64,000 nucleotides of DNA from Thermoplasmata archaeon (GCA_052326485.1 JBKQMS010000031.1:110094-174093), one strand, 5' to 3'. Positions 1-9,542 are shown, numbered from the stretch's first letter. Notes: generated from the letters alone by a model not told the origin. Numbers and translations: made by a program.

Positions 1-38
1 ACCGGATTCGTGCGTCGAGGAGAGTTTAACCGAAGGAC

Positions 39-1121
39 GTGATGCGCTCGACCTGGGAAAGCATGGCAGTCAATCCGGAGAAGCTGAACGAGTTCGTCGG
101 AAAGTTCCTCATCGACGTCGGTGCCGCCATTCACGGGCCCGCCGTTCTGATCGGCGAGCAGCTCGGCCTGTACAAGGCCCTCGCGTCGGGCGGCCCGTTC
201 ACATCAGAAGCCCTAGCAGAGAAGGCCGCCATTCCTGAGCGCTATGCACGCGAGTGGCTCGCGGGTCAGGCCGCTTCGGGGTTCGTGGAGTACGATGCGA
301 GCACGAGTCGCTATTGGATGACCCCCGAACAAATCTTCGCCCTCACCGTCGAAGATAACCCCGTGTACATCCCGGGAGTGTACTACACTATCGCGTCAGT
401 TTACAAGGACCAGCGGAAGATCGCCGAAGCGATCAAATCAGGAAAGGGCTTCGGCTGGCACGAACACCACAACGACCTGTTCATCGGTACCAAGAAGTTC
501 TTTCGACCGGGCTACCTCGCGAACCTCGTCAGTTCCTGGCTTCCGAGCATGGAAGGTGTCATTCCGAAGCTCCAGGCCGGGGCCATGGTCGCAGACGTGG
601 GATGTGGTCTCGGTGCTTCGACCATCATCATGGCGAAAGCCTTCCCAAAGTCCAAATTCATCGGGTTCGACTACCATCTGGAGTCGATCGAGTGGGCCCA
701 AAACGACGCCGTGACGGAGGGTGTGACCCCGAATACCGACTTCGAGGTCGCGACCGCGAAGAACTTTCGTGGCAAGGACTACGACCTCGTCTGCTTCTTT
801 GATTGTCTCCATGACATGGGGGACCCGGTCGGGGCGGTGCAGCATGTCCACAAGACCCTCAAGCCTGACGGGACATTGATGGTCGTCGAGCCGTTTGCGA
901 AGGAGCGGGTCGAGCAGAACCTGAATCCAGTGGGGCGGATATTCTACAACGCTTCCCTGTTGGTCTGCGTCCCGGCCTCCCTTTCTCAAGAGGTGGGGAA
1001 AGGTCTCGGGGCCCAGGCCAGCGACTCGAGCTTGAATCAGGTGTTCCGCGACGGGGGATTCACGCGAGTCCGAAAGGCCATCGAGACGCCCTTCAACCGC
1101 GTTTTCGAGGCGCGCCCCTAA
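39..1121 (+). CDS. class I SAM-dependent methyltransferase
   Basis: 360-aa ORF. It has the Rossmann motif I VADVGCGLGAS, followed by an acidic motif II (IGFDYH) and a post-I/III layout. The N-terminal ~150 aa look like a helical dimerisation/wHTH domain. Confidence 0.8.
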   Translation: MMRSTWESMAVNPEKLNEFVGKFLIDVGAAIHGPAVLIGEQLGLYKALASGGPFTSEALAEKAAIPERYAREWLAGQAASGFVEYDASTSRYWMTPEQIFALTVEDNPVYIPGVYYTIASVYKDQRKIAEAIKSGKGFGWHEHHNDLFIGTKKFFRPGYLANLVSSWLPSMEGVIPKLQAGAMVADVGCGLGASTIIMAKAFPKSKFIGFDYHLESIEWAQNDAVTEGVTPNTDFEVATAKNFRGKDYDLVCFFDCLHDMGDPVGAVQHVHKTLKPDGTLMVVEPFAKERVEQNLNPVGRIFYNASLLVCVPASLSQEVGKGLGAQASDSSLNQVFRDGGFTRVRKAIETPFNRVFEARP

Positions 1122-1318
1122 ACCCCTCTTGCCCACAGAATCACTGGACGCAATTCCCCTCGAACCGCCTGTCACTCGCGCCGAATGCATCCTTGAGCTA
1201 CCGGGGTCCGGCCGACCCTCAAGGGTTCTGGGGCCTTCTCGGCGGTCAGATCTGGCTCCTGGCAGGGAACCCCTTACCAGACCCCTGCGGTCATTGTTGA
1301 ACGGGCGCTGCTAAGGGA

Positions 1319-1391
1319 TAGCCCCGAACGGATTCGAACCGCTGTCGCCGGCTCCAAAGGCCAGCATGCTTGGCCACTACACCACGGGGCT
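1319..1391 (-). tRNA. tRNA-Gln (anticodon UUG)
   Basis: The reverse complement reads AGCCCCG-TG-GTGTAGTGGCCAAGCAT-G-CTGGC-CUUUGGA-GCCGG-CGACAG-CGGTTCGAATCCG-T?-CGGGGCT-A. It has a 7-bp acceptor stem with the A1:U72 pair typical of archaeal tRNA-Gln, a GGTTCGAATCC T-arm and the anticodon loop CU-UUG-GA. CCA is not encoded. Confidence 0.85.
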
Positions 1392-1483
1392 GCTCCGACC
1401 ACCGGGGTCCTCTACAAAAGAACCATCGGCGCACGGCCGCTCGGCCCCCGGACGGTTTTACGGGGGCGTCCCATTGGGGGTCG

Positions 1484-2941
1484 ATGCGTCGAACGAAGAT
1501 CCTGGCCACGGTCGGCCCGGCGACGGACCGAGCGGATCGCCTACTTAGGCTGCTGGAATCGGGAGTCGACGCGTTCCGGATCAACTTCTCTCACGGGACG
1601 AGCGAGGAGCACCGCGCCACATTGCGACGATTGCATCAGGCGTGTCGCCGAGCACAGCGGGAAGCGGCCCTCGTGGTGGACGTTCAAGGTCCCAAGCTAC
1701 GGATCGGGGAGCTCACCGGGGGCTCAGTGCGGCTGTCCCGAGGCGGGCGGTGGACCCTCGACCGGGACCCCGCCCCGGGGGACGAGAACCGGACGTTCGT
1801 AGAGATCCCCTCGTTCGAACGCGCGGCCCGCCCGGGCGACCCCGTGTTCCTCGGAGACGGGGACGTGGAGCTCTCGGTCGAGAGCACCGCGCCGGGAGCG
1901 ATCCGGACCCGGGTGGTCAGCGCCGGGGTCGTTCGTTCGCACGAAGGCGTGTCCTTGCCGCGCGCCCGACTACGGACCACAGCGTTCGGACCCAAGGACC
2001 GGCAGGACACGTCCCTCGCTCTCGAGGAGGGGTTCGACTACCTGGCGCTCTCCTTCGTCCGAGATGAGCAGGACGTGCTCGCGGCCCGGCAATGGCTCGA
2101 CGCCCGCCCCGCCGGCCGCTCGGTGGGGATCATCGCGAAGATCGAACGCGCCGAAGCGTTGGGTTCGATCGACGGCATCCTCCGCGCCGCCGACGGGATC
2201 ATGGTGGCCCGAGGGGACCTCGGGATCGAGGTGCCGCTCGCCCGGCTGGCGCTCGAACAGAAGATGCTGGTCCGCCGGGCCAACGCCGCGGGCCGATTCT
2301 CGATCGTGGCCACCCAGATGCTCCTCAGCATGCTCACCTCGCCACGCCCGACGAGAGCCGAGGCGACGGACGTCGCGAACGCGGTGCTGGACGGCGCCGA
2401 CGCCGTGATGCTGAGCGAAGAGAGCGCCGTCGGCCAGTACCCGTTCGAGGCCGTTCGGTGGCTCGACCGGATCGCCCGGGCCACCGAGGTCGCGTTCGAC
2501 CCGCTGCCGGCCCGGGCGATGGTGCACGCTCGCGAACCCGGCGGGCCCGAGCTCCCGGTCGCCCGCGCCGCGGTGAATCTCGCCGAGAACATGCACGCTC
2601 GAGCGATCGTGACGCCCACGCACTCCGGCCGCACCGCCCGGCTCATCGCGGCCCTTCGGCCCACCTGCCCGGTCCTCGCCCTCTCGAGCTCGGAGTCGGT
2701 GCGCCGGCGCCTTTCCTTGGTCCGGGGCGTGCGGTCGTTCCCGGCGACCGCGGAGAGCGACCTTCAGTCGCTACGCAAGCGTTCGCTCGAGCTCCTCGCG
2801 CTCGCCGGGCTCTCCCCGACCGGTCCGTTGGTCCTCACCGCCGGCTACCCCGTCGCAGGACGACCGACGAACTTGGTCACCGTCGTAGAGGCCGAGGCCC
2901 GTGGGTCAGGGAAGGGCGTGCTCGACGCTCGGGTCCGCTGA
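1484..2941 (+). CDS. pyk: pyruvate kinase
   Basis: The protein begins MRRTKILATVGPAT and carries the IMVARGDLGIEVP signature. I moved the start to the ATG at 1484 because the track start at 1370 lies inside the tRNA-Gln gene. Confidence 0.9.
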   Translation: MRRTKILATVGPATDRADRLLRLLESGVDAFRINFSHGTSEEHRATLRRLHQACRRAQREAALVVDVQGPKLRIGELTGGSVRLSRGGRWTLDRDPAPGDENRTFVEIPSFERAARPGDPVFLGDGDVELSVESTAPGAIRTRVVSAGVVRSHEGVSLPRARLRTTAFGPKDRQDTSLALEEGFDYLALSFVRDEQDVLAARQWLDARPAGRSVGIIAKIERAEALGSIDGILRAADGIMVARGDLGIEVPLARLALEQKMLVRRANAAGRFSIVATQMLLSMLTSPRPTRAEATDVANAVLDGADAVMLSEESAVGQYPFEAVRWLDRIARATEVAFDPLPARAMVHAREPGGPELPVARAAVNLAENMHARAIVTPTHSGRTARLIAALRPTCPVLALSSSESVRRRLSLVRGVRSFPATAESDLQSLRKRSLELLALAGLSPTGPLVLTAGYPVAGRPTNLVTVVEAEARGSGKGVLDARVR

Positions 2942-4129
2942 GCCGGTCCTCGGGACCTTCAGGAAGAGCAGGAGCGGCAGGAAGCCGACCGTGAGAAGGG
3001 CGGCGAAGACCCAGCTCACGTTGTACCCCGCGAACCCCACCAGCACGCCGAAGAGAATTGCGACCACGCTGCCGGCGAAGAGCTGGATCGAGTTCACGAA
3101 TCCGATCGCGAGCGCGGTGTTCTCCCCGCGACCCTCGGGCAAGTAGGTCGGCACGAGGTAGAGGACCGCGAAGAGAACACCGTCCGCGAAACCCAGGAAG
3201 ACGAACAGCGGCCAGAGCGCGGCCAGGGGAAGGAACGGGATCAATATGAGTCCCGCGCCGGACGCGACCCCCCATAGGACGAGGATCCTGCGCATGTCCG
3301 CCTGCCGCTCCGCGAACCATCCGCCGATCGGGCCCCCGAAGACCTCCGCCACGATCATCGCGGTCGGGAGCCCTGCGGCGAGCGCGATCGGCCAGGCCGG
3401 GTGGACCGATTCGGCGAACTGGACGAAGTCCTGGGCCGCGATGTAGAAAGCGGCCCAGACGCCGCACAGCCCGAGGGAAAGGGCCCAGAGGTTGCGGGAC
3501 GAGAGGATCCGCCGACCGGCCTGCCAGGTGGTCCTCCAGTCCGGCACGGACACGCTTCGGCGGAGCGGGGGCAGCACCACGGCCGCACCGAAGCAGAGGA
3601 TGAGGAGCCCGATTCCTCCGACCGCGAGGCTCCACGGCCACCCCACCGCCTCTCCGATGAGGGCGCCCGCGAAGAGCCCCACCGCGGAACCGATGCTGAA
3701 CCCCGAGTTGTAGACCCCGATCACAGGCCCCCGGGAACCGACCGGGTAGTAGGAGGAGACGAGGCCGAGGGCCGGCGCGAAGAAGAAGGCGGCGCCGGCC
3801 CCGGCGCCGAAGCGGAGCAGGGCCAGGACCTCCCAGTTCGGCGACAGGGCCGAAGCGAGGCAGAACACCCCCATCAGGCCCAACGCGAAGATCGAGGTGC
3901 TGCGGTACCCCCGCCGCATCGCCCAAAGGCCCGCGGGGACCTGGAAGATCCCGGCGCCGACGAGGAACGCGCCCAGGACGATCCCGAGCTCGCCCGGGTT
4001 CGCGTCGAACCCCTTGCCGACGAGGAAGAGGACGGCGCCCATGTTGTACCAGTTGAAGGCGTAGACAATCCGGGCCAGGACCAGCATGCTGGCCGCCGCG
4101 CGGCGCTCGGACGGGTTGAGCTCGGTCAC
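2906..4129 (-). CDS. MFS transporter
   Basis: 407-aa polytopic hydrophobic protein with a motif-A-like GLWAMRRGYRS between TM2 and TM3. The GTG start overlaps the upstream gene's stop by 4 nt (GTGA). Confidence 0.75.
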   Translation of the reverse strand: MTELNPSERRAAASMLVLARIVYAFNWYNMGAVLFLVGKGFDANPGELGIVLGAFLVGAGIFQVPAGLWAMRRGYRSTSIFALGLMGVFCLASALSPNWEVLALLRFGAGAGAAFFFAPALGLVSSYYPVGSRGPVIGVYNSGFSIGSAVGLFAGALIGEAVGWPWSLAVGGIGLLILCFGAAVVLPPLRRSVSVPDWRTTWQAGRRILSSRNLWALSLGLCGVWAAFYIAAQDFVQFAESVHPAWPIALAAGLPTAMIVAEVFGGPIGGWFAERQADMRRILVLWGVASGAGLILIPFLPLAALWPLFVFLGFADGVLFAVLYLVPTYLPEGRGENTALAIGFVNSIQLFAGSVVAILFGVLVGFAGYNVSWVFAALLTVGFLPLLLFLKVPRTGSADPSVEHALP

Positions 4130-5067
4130 TTCGAATCCCGTCCTAGGAGTCCTCGCGTCTCGAAGTACCGGAGGAACCCTTGGGCGGCGAGCGCGTAGCT
4201 GGAGATGATCGACTCCCCCTCGGTGGGAGCGGCGGAGGCCGGAGCGTTCATGTCAAAGGCCTTCAGGCGTCCCGCGATGAACTCGGGGTCTGCCTTCTCC
4301 CGGGCGGCCGCCAGCGCGACGTCGCGCCATTGTTCCACGACCGTGCGATAGCGCATGAGGTCGGCCGCGCCATCGGGGCTCGGGCCGAAGTGGCTGAACA
4401 GGACCACCTTCGGGTCCGTCCGCCGCATCGCCTCGAGGCTCGCGAACAGCTGTTCCAGGTCGAGGTCCGGCGGCGGGACCGCCGGCCGCAGGTGGGAGGA
4501 GTGCTCGAGCCGGACCCCGGCCCCGTCCCCGGTGAACACTCCGCGAAGGGCCGTGTCGAAGAACGCGAGGTGGTGTCGGGCGTGCCCGGGCGTCGCCAGG
4601 ACCTCGAGCTCGCCGTGGTCGATAGGGAAGCGTTCCCCACCGCGCAGGGCCACGATCCTCTGCACCGGCACCGGCGCGATCGTTCCCCAGAGCCGGTCGG
4701 AGGCGGCGGGTCCCCACGCCCGACGGGCACTCGCCACGAGCCGCGCCGGGTCGACCATGTGCGGGACCCCGAGCTCGTGCGCGTAGAAGGTCGCCCTCGG
4801 GAACGCGTCGACGACCGCGCCCATTCCTCCGGCGTGGTCCAGATGGACGTGGGTGACGAAGACGTGCCGAACCTCCTCGGGAGAGACGCCGGCTTGCGTG
4901 ACGCCCGCGAGCAGGGCCTCCCGACAGGTCGACGGCCCGGTCTCGACGAGGGCCCACCCTTCGGTCTCGGGTATCAGATAGGCCGCCACCAGCCCCTCGG
5001 TGTCCCGGAAATCGAGGTCGAGCAGCAAGCGTCCCCGGCCCAGTTCCCGGACTCGTGGCGCGGTCAT
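4126..5067 (-). CDS. MBL-fold metallo-hydrolase
   Basis: Carries the HxHxDH motif (THVHLDHAGG) and downstream His/Asp ligands (TPGHARHH). Confidence 0.8.
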   Translation of the reverse strand: MTAPRVRELGRGRLLLDLDFRDTEGLVAAYLIPETEGWALVETGPSTCREALLAGVTQAGVSPEEVRHVFVTHVHLDHAGGMGAVVDAFPRATFYAHELGVPHMVDPARLVASARRAWGPAASDRLWGTIAPVPVQRIVALRGGERFPIDHGELEVLATPGHARHHLAFFDTALRGVFTGDGAGVRLEHSSHLRPAVPPPDLDLEQLFASLEAMRRTDPKVVLFSHFGPSPDGAADLMRYRTVVEQWRDVALAAAREKADPEFIAGRLKAFDMNAPASAAPTEGESIISSYALAAQGFLRYFETRGLLGRDSK

Positions 5068-5077
5068 CGGAGCGCGA

Positions 5078-5791
5078 TCACCATGCCAGGAAGGGAGACC
5101 CGTACGAATAGTAAGCCGTGTAGCTCACCGCGAGGAAGGCCGCGGCCACGGCGAACGAGAGCGCCCATCGTCCCGCGCCCCATCGGAATACCTTGGCCCC
5201 GTCCAGGATCCCGAGCGGAAGGAGGTTGAACGTTGCGAACAGCGTGTTGATCATCGCGAGGAACAGCAACCCACTCGACGCGCTCGAGCCGAGGTGGAAC
5301 GTCACGAGGGACGCCCCGTAGAAGCCGGCGGCGAAGAGAAGGTTAGAGACCGGGCCCGCGACCCCCGTCTCCCCCCAGCCCCGCCGGTCCCTTGGGTCCA
5401 TGCCCTCCACCATCGTCGCGCCGGGAGCGGCGAACAGGACGCCACCCACGGAGGTGATGATCGACAGGAGCAGACCCATCGGCCACATTCGGAACTCGGC
5501 CCAGTAGCCGAGACGGCGGGCCACCACCTTGTGGGCCATCTCGTGGGCGATGAAGCCGGTCAGGGCTGCGGCCACGGCGAGAAGGACGTAGTAGAGGGCT
5601 ACCGGAGCGATGAGTCCGGACAGCGTGCCGGTTTCCAGGAATCCTCGACCGCTCAGGATGATGAACAGGTCCCCCGTGAGCACGAGGAACGCGATCGTGA
5701 CGTGGATCAGCTCGGTCCGGGATGTGGGATGGGAGGAGAGCGGGGGAGCCGCAGTCGTCCAGACGGTGTACTGGTACGGTCCCCGGTTCAT
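5078..5791 (-). CDS. site-2 protease family (M50) membrane metalloprotease
   Basis: Has the HExxH motif (HEMAHK) inside a multi-TM protein and a downstream LDG-containing segment (LPLGILDGAKV). Confidence 0.75.
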   Translation of the reverse strand: MNRGPYQYTVWTTAAPPLSSHPTSRTELIHVTIAFLVLTGDLFIILSGRGFLETGTLSGLIAPVALYYVLLAVAAALTGFIAHEMAHKVVARRLGYWAEFRMWPMGLLLSIITSVGGVLFAAPGATMVEGMDPRDRRGWGETGVAGPVSNLLFAAGFYGASLVTFHLGSSASSGLLFLAMINTLFATFNLLPLGILDGAKVFRWGAGRWALSFAVAAAFLAVSYTAYYSYGSPFLAW

Positions 5792-6693
5792 GGACGCACC
5801 TCAGAGCGGCCTGACGGAAGCGGTTCGACCGGCATCGGGCCCCGCGGCTCCTTGCCTTCCAGCAACGATCGGACCAGCTCGGCGCCCGCGGCGAGCCGAG
5901 GACCGGGACGGCTGAAGTACGCCTCGTCTGCGATGAAGGCCCCCAAGGGGGCTCGAACCGACTGGACGGCGGCGAGAAGCGCGGGATTGTCCCCGAACTC
6001 TCGCTTCGCTCGAGCGACCGAGAAGCTGCACGGGCTCACGACCAAGAGATCCGGGGCCTCGCGAGCCAGATCGGGCCAGGTCGTCCGTGCGCCCGGCTCC
6101 GAGGAATTCGGGCCCACGGGAACGCCTCCTGCCGCCGCGACGAGGTCGGGGGTCCACAGCCCCGCGAGGATCGGCGGGTCGAGCCATTCGACGATCGCCA
6201 CGGTCCGCCCCGACGAAGGCACCGACCGGGTTCGGTCGCGAAGCGAGACCGCGAGCTCGTTCCCACGGCCGGGGTCGCCCAGCGCCTCGCCGACGGTTTC
6301 GATCGAATCCCAGACCTCCGAAAGGCGGGTCGGGGCGAGCGAGACGACGCGAGGACGGACCCCGGCGAGGGTGCACGCCTTCGCGACCTCCTCCTCCGTG
6401 ACGGAGCAGACGCCGCAGAGGTTCTGGGTAAGGAGGAGGTCGGGCCTCAGCTCCCGGAGGAGGTTCAGGTCGAGCTCGTAGAGGCTCTCGTTCCGCTCCC
6501 GAGCGCGCCGAACCCGCTCGTCGATTTCGCCCGACGGCCGATCCGCGTCCCCGGTCCGGGGGCGCATAACGACGGGCAGGTTTCGCACCGTGGCGGGAAA
6601 GTCGCACTCCGAGCTGCGGCCGACGAGCTCCGAGCCGTGGCCGAGCGAATCGACGATTTCGGTCGCGCTCGGCAACACCGAGATGACCCGCAT
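5788..6693 (-). CDS. BtuF/FecB-like (class III) substrate-binding-protein homolog without signal peptide
   Basis: The N-terminus MRVISVLPSATEIVDSLG...LVGRS and the later PDLLL segment are typical of cobalamin/siderophore periplasmic binding proteins. There is no hydrophobic leader or lipobox. It overlaps the M50 gene by 4 nt. Confidence 0.65.
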   Translation of the reverse strand: MRVISVLPSATEIVDSLGHGSELVGRSSECDFPATVRNLPVVMRPRTGDADRPSGEIDERVRRARERNESLYELDLNLLRELRPDLLLTQNLCGVCSVTEEEVAKACTLAGVRPRVVSLAPTRLSEVWDSIETVGEALGDPGRGNELAVSLRDRTRSVPSSGRTVAIVEWLDPPILAGLWTPDLVAAAGGVPVGPNSSEPGARTTWPDLAREAPDLLVVSPCSFSVARAKREFGDNPALLAAVQSVRAPLGAFIADEAYFSRPGPRLAAGAELVRSLLEGKEPRGPMPVEPLPSGRSEVRP

Positions 6694-6727
6694 TCAGCCT
6701 CCGGAGGGACTCCGAGTCGGGGCCGGC

Positions 6728-7870
6728 TTACTTACGTTTGCGGGGGGGCGTTTTGCCGCTGGGGCTTGCGCCCGGGGATTGGGCGACGGGGCGGGCTGCG
6801 GCTTTTGCCGGGGGCGACGCCTTGGTCGGCCGACGGCGGGACGTTCTCGGGAGAGAGCGCTTCTTGGCGGCGGGGGCGGACGCGGGTGGCGGAACCGTCT
6901 CGGGAGACACCGGAGCCTCGGGGGGTGGCAGGCCGAGGTGCTGGCAGAGGGCCACTTCCCGTTCGTACGTGAGGCCCAGTCGCCGTGCCTCGAGCCGTTC
7001 CTCCTGGCCTTTCGCCTTGTCGCCCGTTCGCAAGAGCGCTTGCGCGTGGAGGAACCTCAGTTGGGGCTCCTCGGGAGTCTTCGAGAGGAGGGCCTCGATC
7101 TCGGTCTTCGCTCCCGCCCAGTCTCCGAGCTCGATGAGCGCGGCGAGGAGATGGGCGCGGACCTCCGTCCGTGAACCGTCCTCCGCGAGCAGTTTCTTGT
7201 AGGCCGCGACCTCTTCGTTCGGTCGGGCACGCGCCCCGAGTACCGCGGCCTTCCCGAGCCGGGCCTCGACGTCATCGGGCCGGACTGAGAGGACCTCGTC
7301 GAAGGCTCGGTCGGCGTCATCGACCAGCCCGAGCCCGAGCAAGGACCGACCGATCCCGATTCGGGCCGGTAGGAACCCCGGCTTCAGCTCCGCGGCCTGC
7401 CGGTAGAATCGCAGCGAGAGCGCCGGCACGCCCCAGTCGAGCCAGGTCCGGGCGCGGTGGACGATCCCGTCGAGCTGCTGAGCGCTCGGGAGGAGCCGTC
7501 GGGCCTCCTTCGGCGGAGGTCGCGGTTCCTGGCCCAGGTACGTTTCGAGTCCAAGCTGGCGGGCGAGCTCGGCGAAGCGGGCGCCCTCGACGAGGGTTCC
7601 CCCGTGGTTCTTGATCTCTTCCGTGAACGCGAGGGGGAGGTGGCCAGGTGTGAGAACGACCAGACGCACGAGGACGTTCCCTTCGCCTCCCAGCAGTTGG
7701 CGGATCGTTTCAAGAGAGATCGTGTTGGGATCCTCGAGGAACGAGTAGAGGAATCCGTCGCTCGTTCGGAGCGTAAGGCCCTCGGGGGTCGGCTTCGCCG
7801 CGTCGAGCCGTTGGCCCATCGCTTCCACGAGCGCGCTCGCGAGAGTCACGAACGAAGGAGACGCCATCAC
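6728..7870 (-). CDS. TPR-repeat protein with unassigned N-terminal domain and Lys/Arg/Pro/Ala-rich C-terminal tail
   Basis: The central region shows TPR-like 34-aa helical repeats (ALSLRFYRQAAELKP..., ADRAFDEVLSVRPDD..., EVAAYKKLLAED...). The last ~70 aa are basic low complexity. Confidence 0.6.
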   Translation of the reverse strand: MMASPSFVTLASALVEAMGQRLDAAKPTPEGLTLRTSDGFLYSFLEDPNTISLETIRQLLGGEGNVLVRLVVLTPGHLPLAFTEEIKNHGGTLVEGARFAELARQLGLETYLGQEPRPPPKEARRLLPSAQQLDGIVHRARTWLDWGVPALSLRFYRQAAELKPGFLPARIGIGRSLLGLGLVDDADRAFDEVLSVRPDDVEARLGKAAVLGARARPNEEVAAYKKLLAEDGSRTEVRAHLLAALIELGDWAGAKTEIEALLSKTPEEPQLRFLHAQALLRTGDKAKGQEERLEARRLGLTYEREVALCQHLGLPPPEAPVSPETVPPPASAPAAKKRSLPRTSRRRPTKASPPAKAAARPVAQSPGASPSGKTPPRKRK

Positions 7871-7890
7871 GTCCGCGAATGCCCGGTCCG

Positions 7891-7898
7891 TTAAATAG
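7891..7898. promoter_or_regulatory. TATA-box-like element (TTAAATAG) in a 52-nt divergent intergenic region
   Basis: This is the only AT-rich octamer between the divergent starts at 7870 (-) and 7923 (+). It lies ~25-30 nt from each start codon, consistent with leaderless transcripts. Confidence 0.4.
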
Positions 7899-7922
7899 GA
7901 TGGACGTCCAGATGCACGTGCC

Positions 7923-8984
7923 GTGGACCTCGCCGCTCTCTACCGATTCCTACCTTCTCTCGAACGCGAGCTGACCTCGTCTTACCGCCAAACCGCCCAT
8001 CGGTCGCCCCGCGAGGTCCAACCGTTTCTCGAGGTGAACCGAGAGTTCACGCTGCGAGGGGGCAAGCGGTTCCGGGCGATCCTGGTGCTGGCGGGATACT
8101 ACCTCGCCACCGGGCGGAACCCCCGACCCGCCCTCCCGGCGGCCGCCGCGCTCGAGCATTTTCAGAGCTGGATGCTGATTCACGACGACATCATCGACCA
8201 TGCCGAAGAGCGACGGGGTGGACCCACGGTCCACCGCGCCGTCGCCCAGACGCACCGGCGCGAGCACCGCGAGGGGTCGAGCGAGGACTACGGGGTCGGC
8301 ATCGGCATCACCCTCGGCGACCTGGAGGAGCCGTTCACCGTCGAGGCGATTCTGTCGACCCGCGCCCCTCCGGCCGCCCGTCTCGCCGCGCTGGCCGAGT
8401 ACGTGCGGATGACACGGTTCACGGCGTTCGGTCAGCTCCTCGACATCCGCAGCGGCGCCCTCGACCCGGACTCGGTCCGCGAGGAGGACGTCTTCGCGGT
8501 CCACCGGTTCAAGTCCGCCATCTACACCGTCGTCTCGCCGCTCACGATCGGCGCTCTTCTCGGCGGGAGCCCCCGTTCCCGTCTCCGCGACCTCGAGACG
8601 TTCGGGACGAACATCGGAATCGCCTTCCAGTTGCGCGACGACGTACTGGGGGCCGGCTTCGATGCCGAGGCGTCGGGGAAGAGCTCCAACGACCTCGTCG
8701 AGGGCAAGAGGACGCTGCTCGTCGTGAAGGCGTGGACCAGCGGCTCTCAGGTCGACCGCGACCGGCTCTCCCGTGTTCTCGGGAACTCGCAGGCGGCGCC
8801 CGAGGATATCGAGCGGGCGAGGGACGTGATCCGCGGGACCGGGAGTCTCGATTACTCCGAGAAGCGGATCGAAGAGCTTACCCGGGTCGCGCTGCGGTGC
8901 GTGGACCGCAGTCGAACGATCCCGGCCCGAGGGAAGCCGCTGCTGAAGGAAGTGGCCGAACGCCTCGTCCGTCGAAAGACCTGA
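7923..8984 (+). CDS. polyprenyl (geranylgeranyl) diphosphate synthase
   Basis: Has the first Asp-rich motif LIHDDIIDH and the second FQLRDDVLG. GTG start. Confidence 0.85.
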   Translation: MDLAALYRFLPSLERELTSSYRQTAHRSPREVQPFLEVNREFTLRGGKRFRAILVLAGYYLATGRNPRPALPAAAALEHFQSWMLIHDDIIDHAEERRGGPTVHRAVAQTHRREHREGSSEDYGVGIGITLGDLEEPFTVEAILSTRAPPAARLAALAEYVRMTRFTAFGQLLDIRSGALDPDSVREEDVFAVHRFKSAIYTVVSPLTIGALLGGSPRSRLRDLETFGTNIGIAFQLRDDVLGAGFDAEASGKSSNDLVEGKRTLLVVKAWTSGSQVDRDRLSRVLGNSQAAPEDIERARDVIRGTGSLDYSEKRIEELTRVALRCVDRSRTIPARGKPLLKEVAERLVRRKT

Positions 8985-9090
8985 CCCGCGCCTACCTGGG
9001 GCCCGGTCAGTGTGACCAAGGATTGCTCCGCTTAGCGAAGCTTGGATTAGATTAGGTCAGGTTTGGTTGGGTCGAGCTGGGCCAGCCAGC

Positions 9091-9483
9091 CTAGCTTTCG
9101 GGCTCGGAAGAGGATCCCGAGCTCGGCTGGGACGCTACGCCCGCGGCCTGCAGCGCCTGGGAGAGCTCCTGCTGCATCGTGGTGTACCGCTCCTTGAGGT
9201 GGTTCTCTTGGCGCTCGACCGCCTTCAAGCGAACCTCCGACGTCTCCTTGTCCTCGGTGAGGAGGTCCTCGACCTCCTTGCGGTTCTTCGCGCGCACGAG
9301 CAGACCGCCGATCGGTCGGTAGACAACCGCGTCCTCGGGCAGGGTCTTGAGGTCCTCGAGCGTGTGCGAGACCTCGCGGAGCTTCAGGTCGATCTGGAGG
9401 CGTTGCTGCTGAACGGCGGCAAGCTCCTGCTGTAGGCGCTGGAACTGTCGGATGTCGTTCTGGAGCTTCGCAGGTAGGGCCAC
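9091..9483 (-). CDS. pfdB: prefoldin subunit beta
   Basis: Shows a coiled-coil / beta-hairpin / coiled-coil layout (LQNDIRQFQRLQQEL...VYRPIGGLLVRA...LKERYTTMQQEL). I shortened the gene to the GTG at 9483, giving ~130 aa, because the upstream part of the 167-aa track ORF is Pro/Arg-rich. Confidence 0.8.
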   Translation of the reverse strand: MALPAKLQNDIRQFQRLQQELAAVQQQRLQIDLKLREVSHTLEDLKTLPEDAVVYRPIGGLLVRAKNRKEVEDLLTEDKETSEVRLKAVERQENHLKERYTTMQQELSQALQAAGVASQPSSGSSSEPES

Positions 9484-9542
9484 GGGCGGGGTGACCGGCC
9501 GTCCAACATAAGGGCTTCGGGAGCGCGGCGCTCCCGCCGCCG

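Noticed and set aside
1370-1483. The track start of the pyruvate kinase ORF at 1370 (523 aa).
   Set aside because: The first 38 codons lie across the tRNA-Gln gene on the opposite strand and are Arg/Pro/Gly-rich. Conservation begins at MRRTKILATVGP (ATG at 1484).
1122-1483. A genomic island or integrase next to tRNA-Gln.
   Set aside because: There is no integrase, no direct repeat of the tRNA 3' end and no compositional shift. The flanking genes are ordinary metabolic genes.
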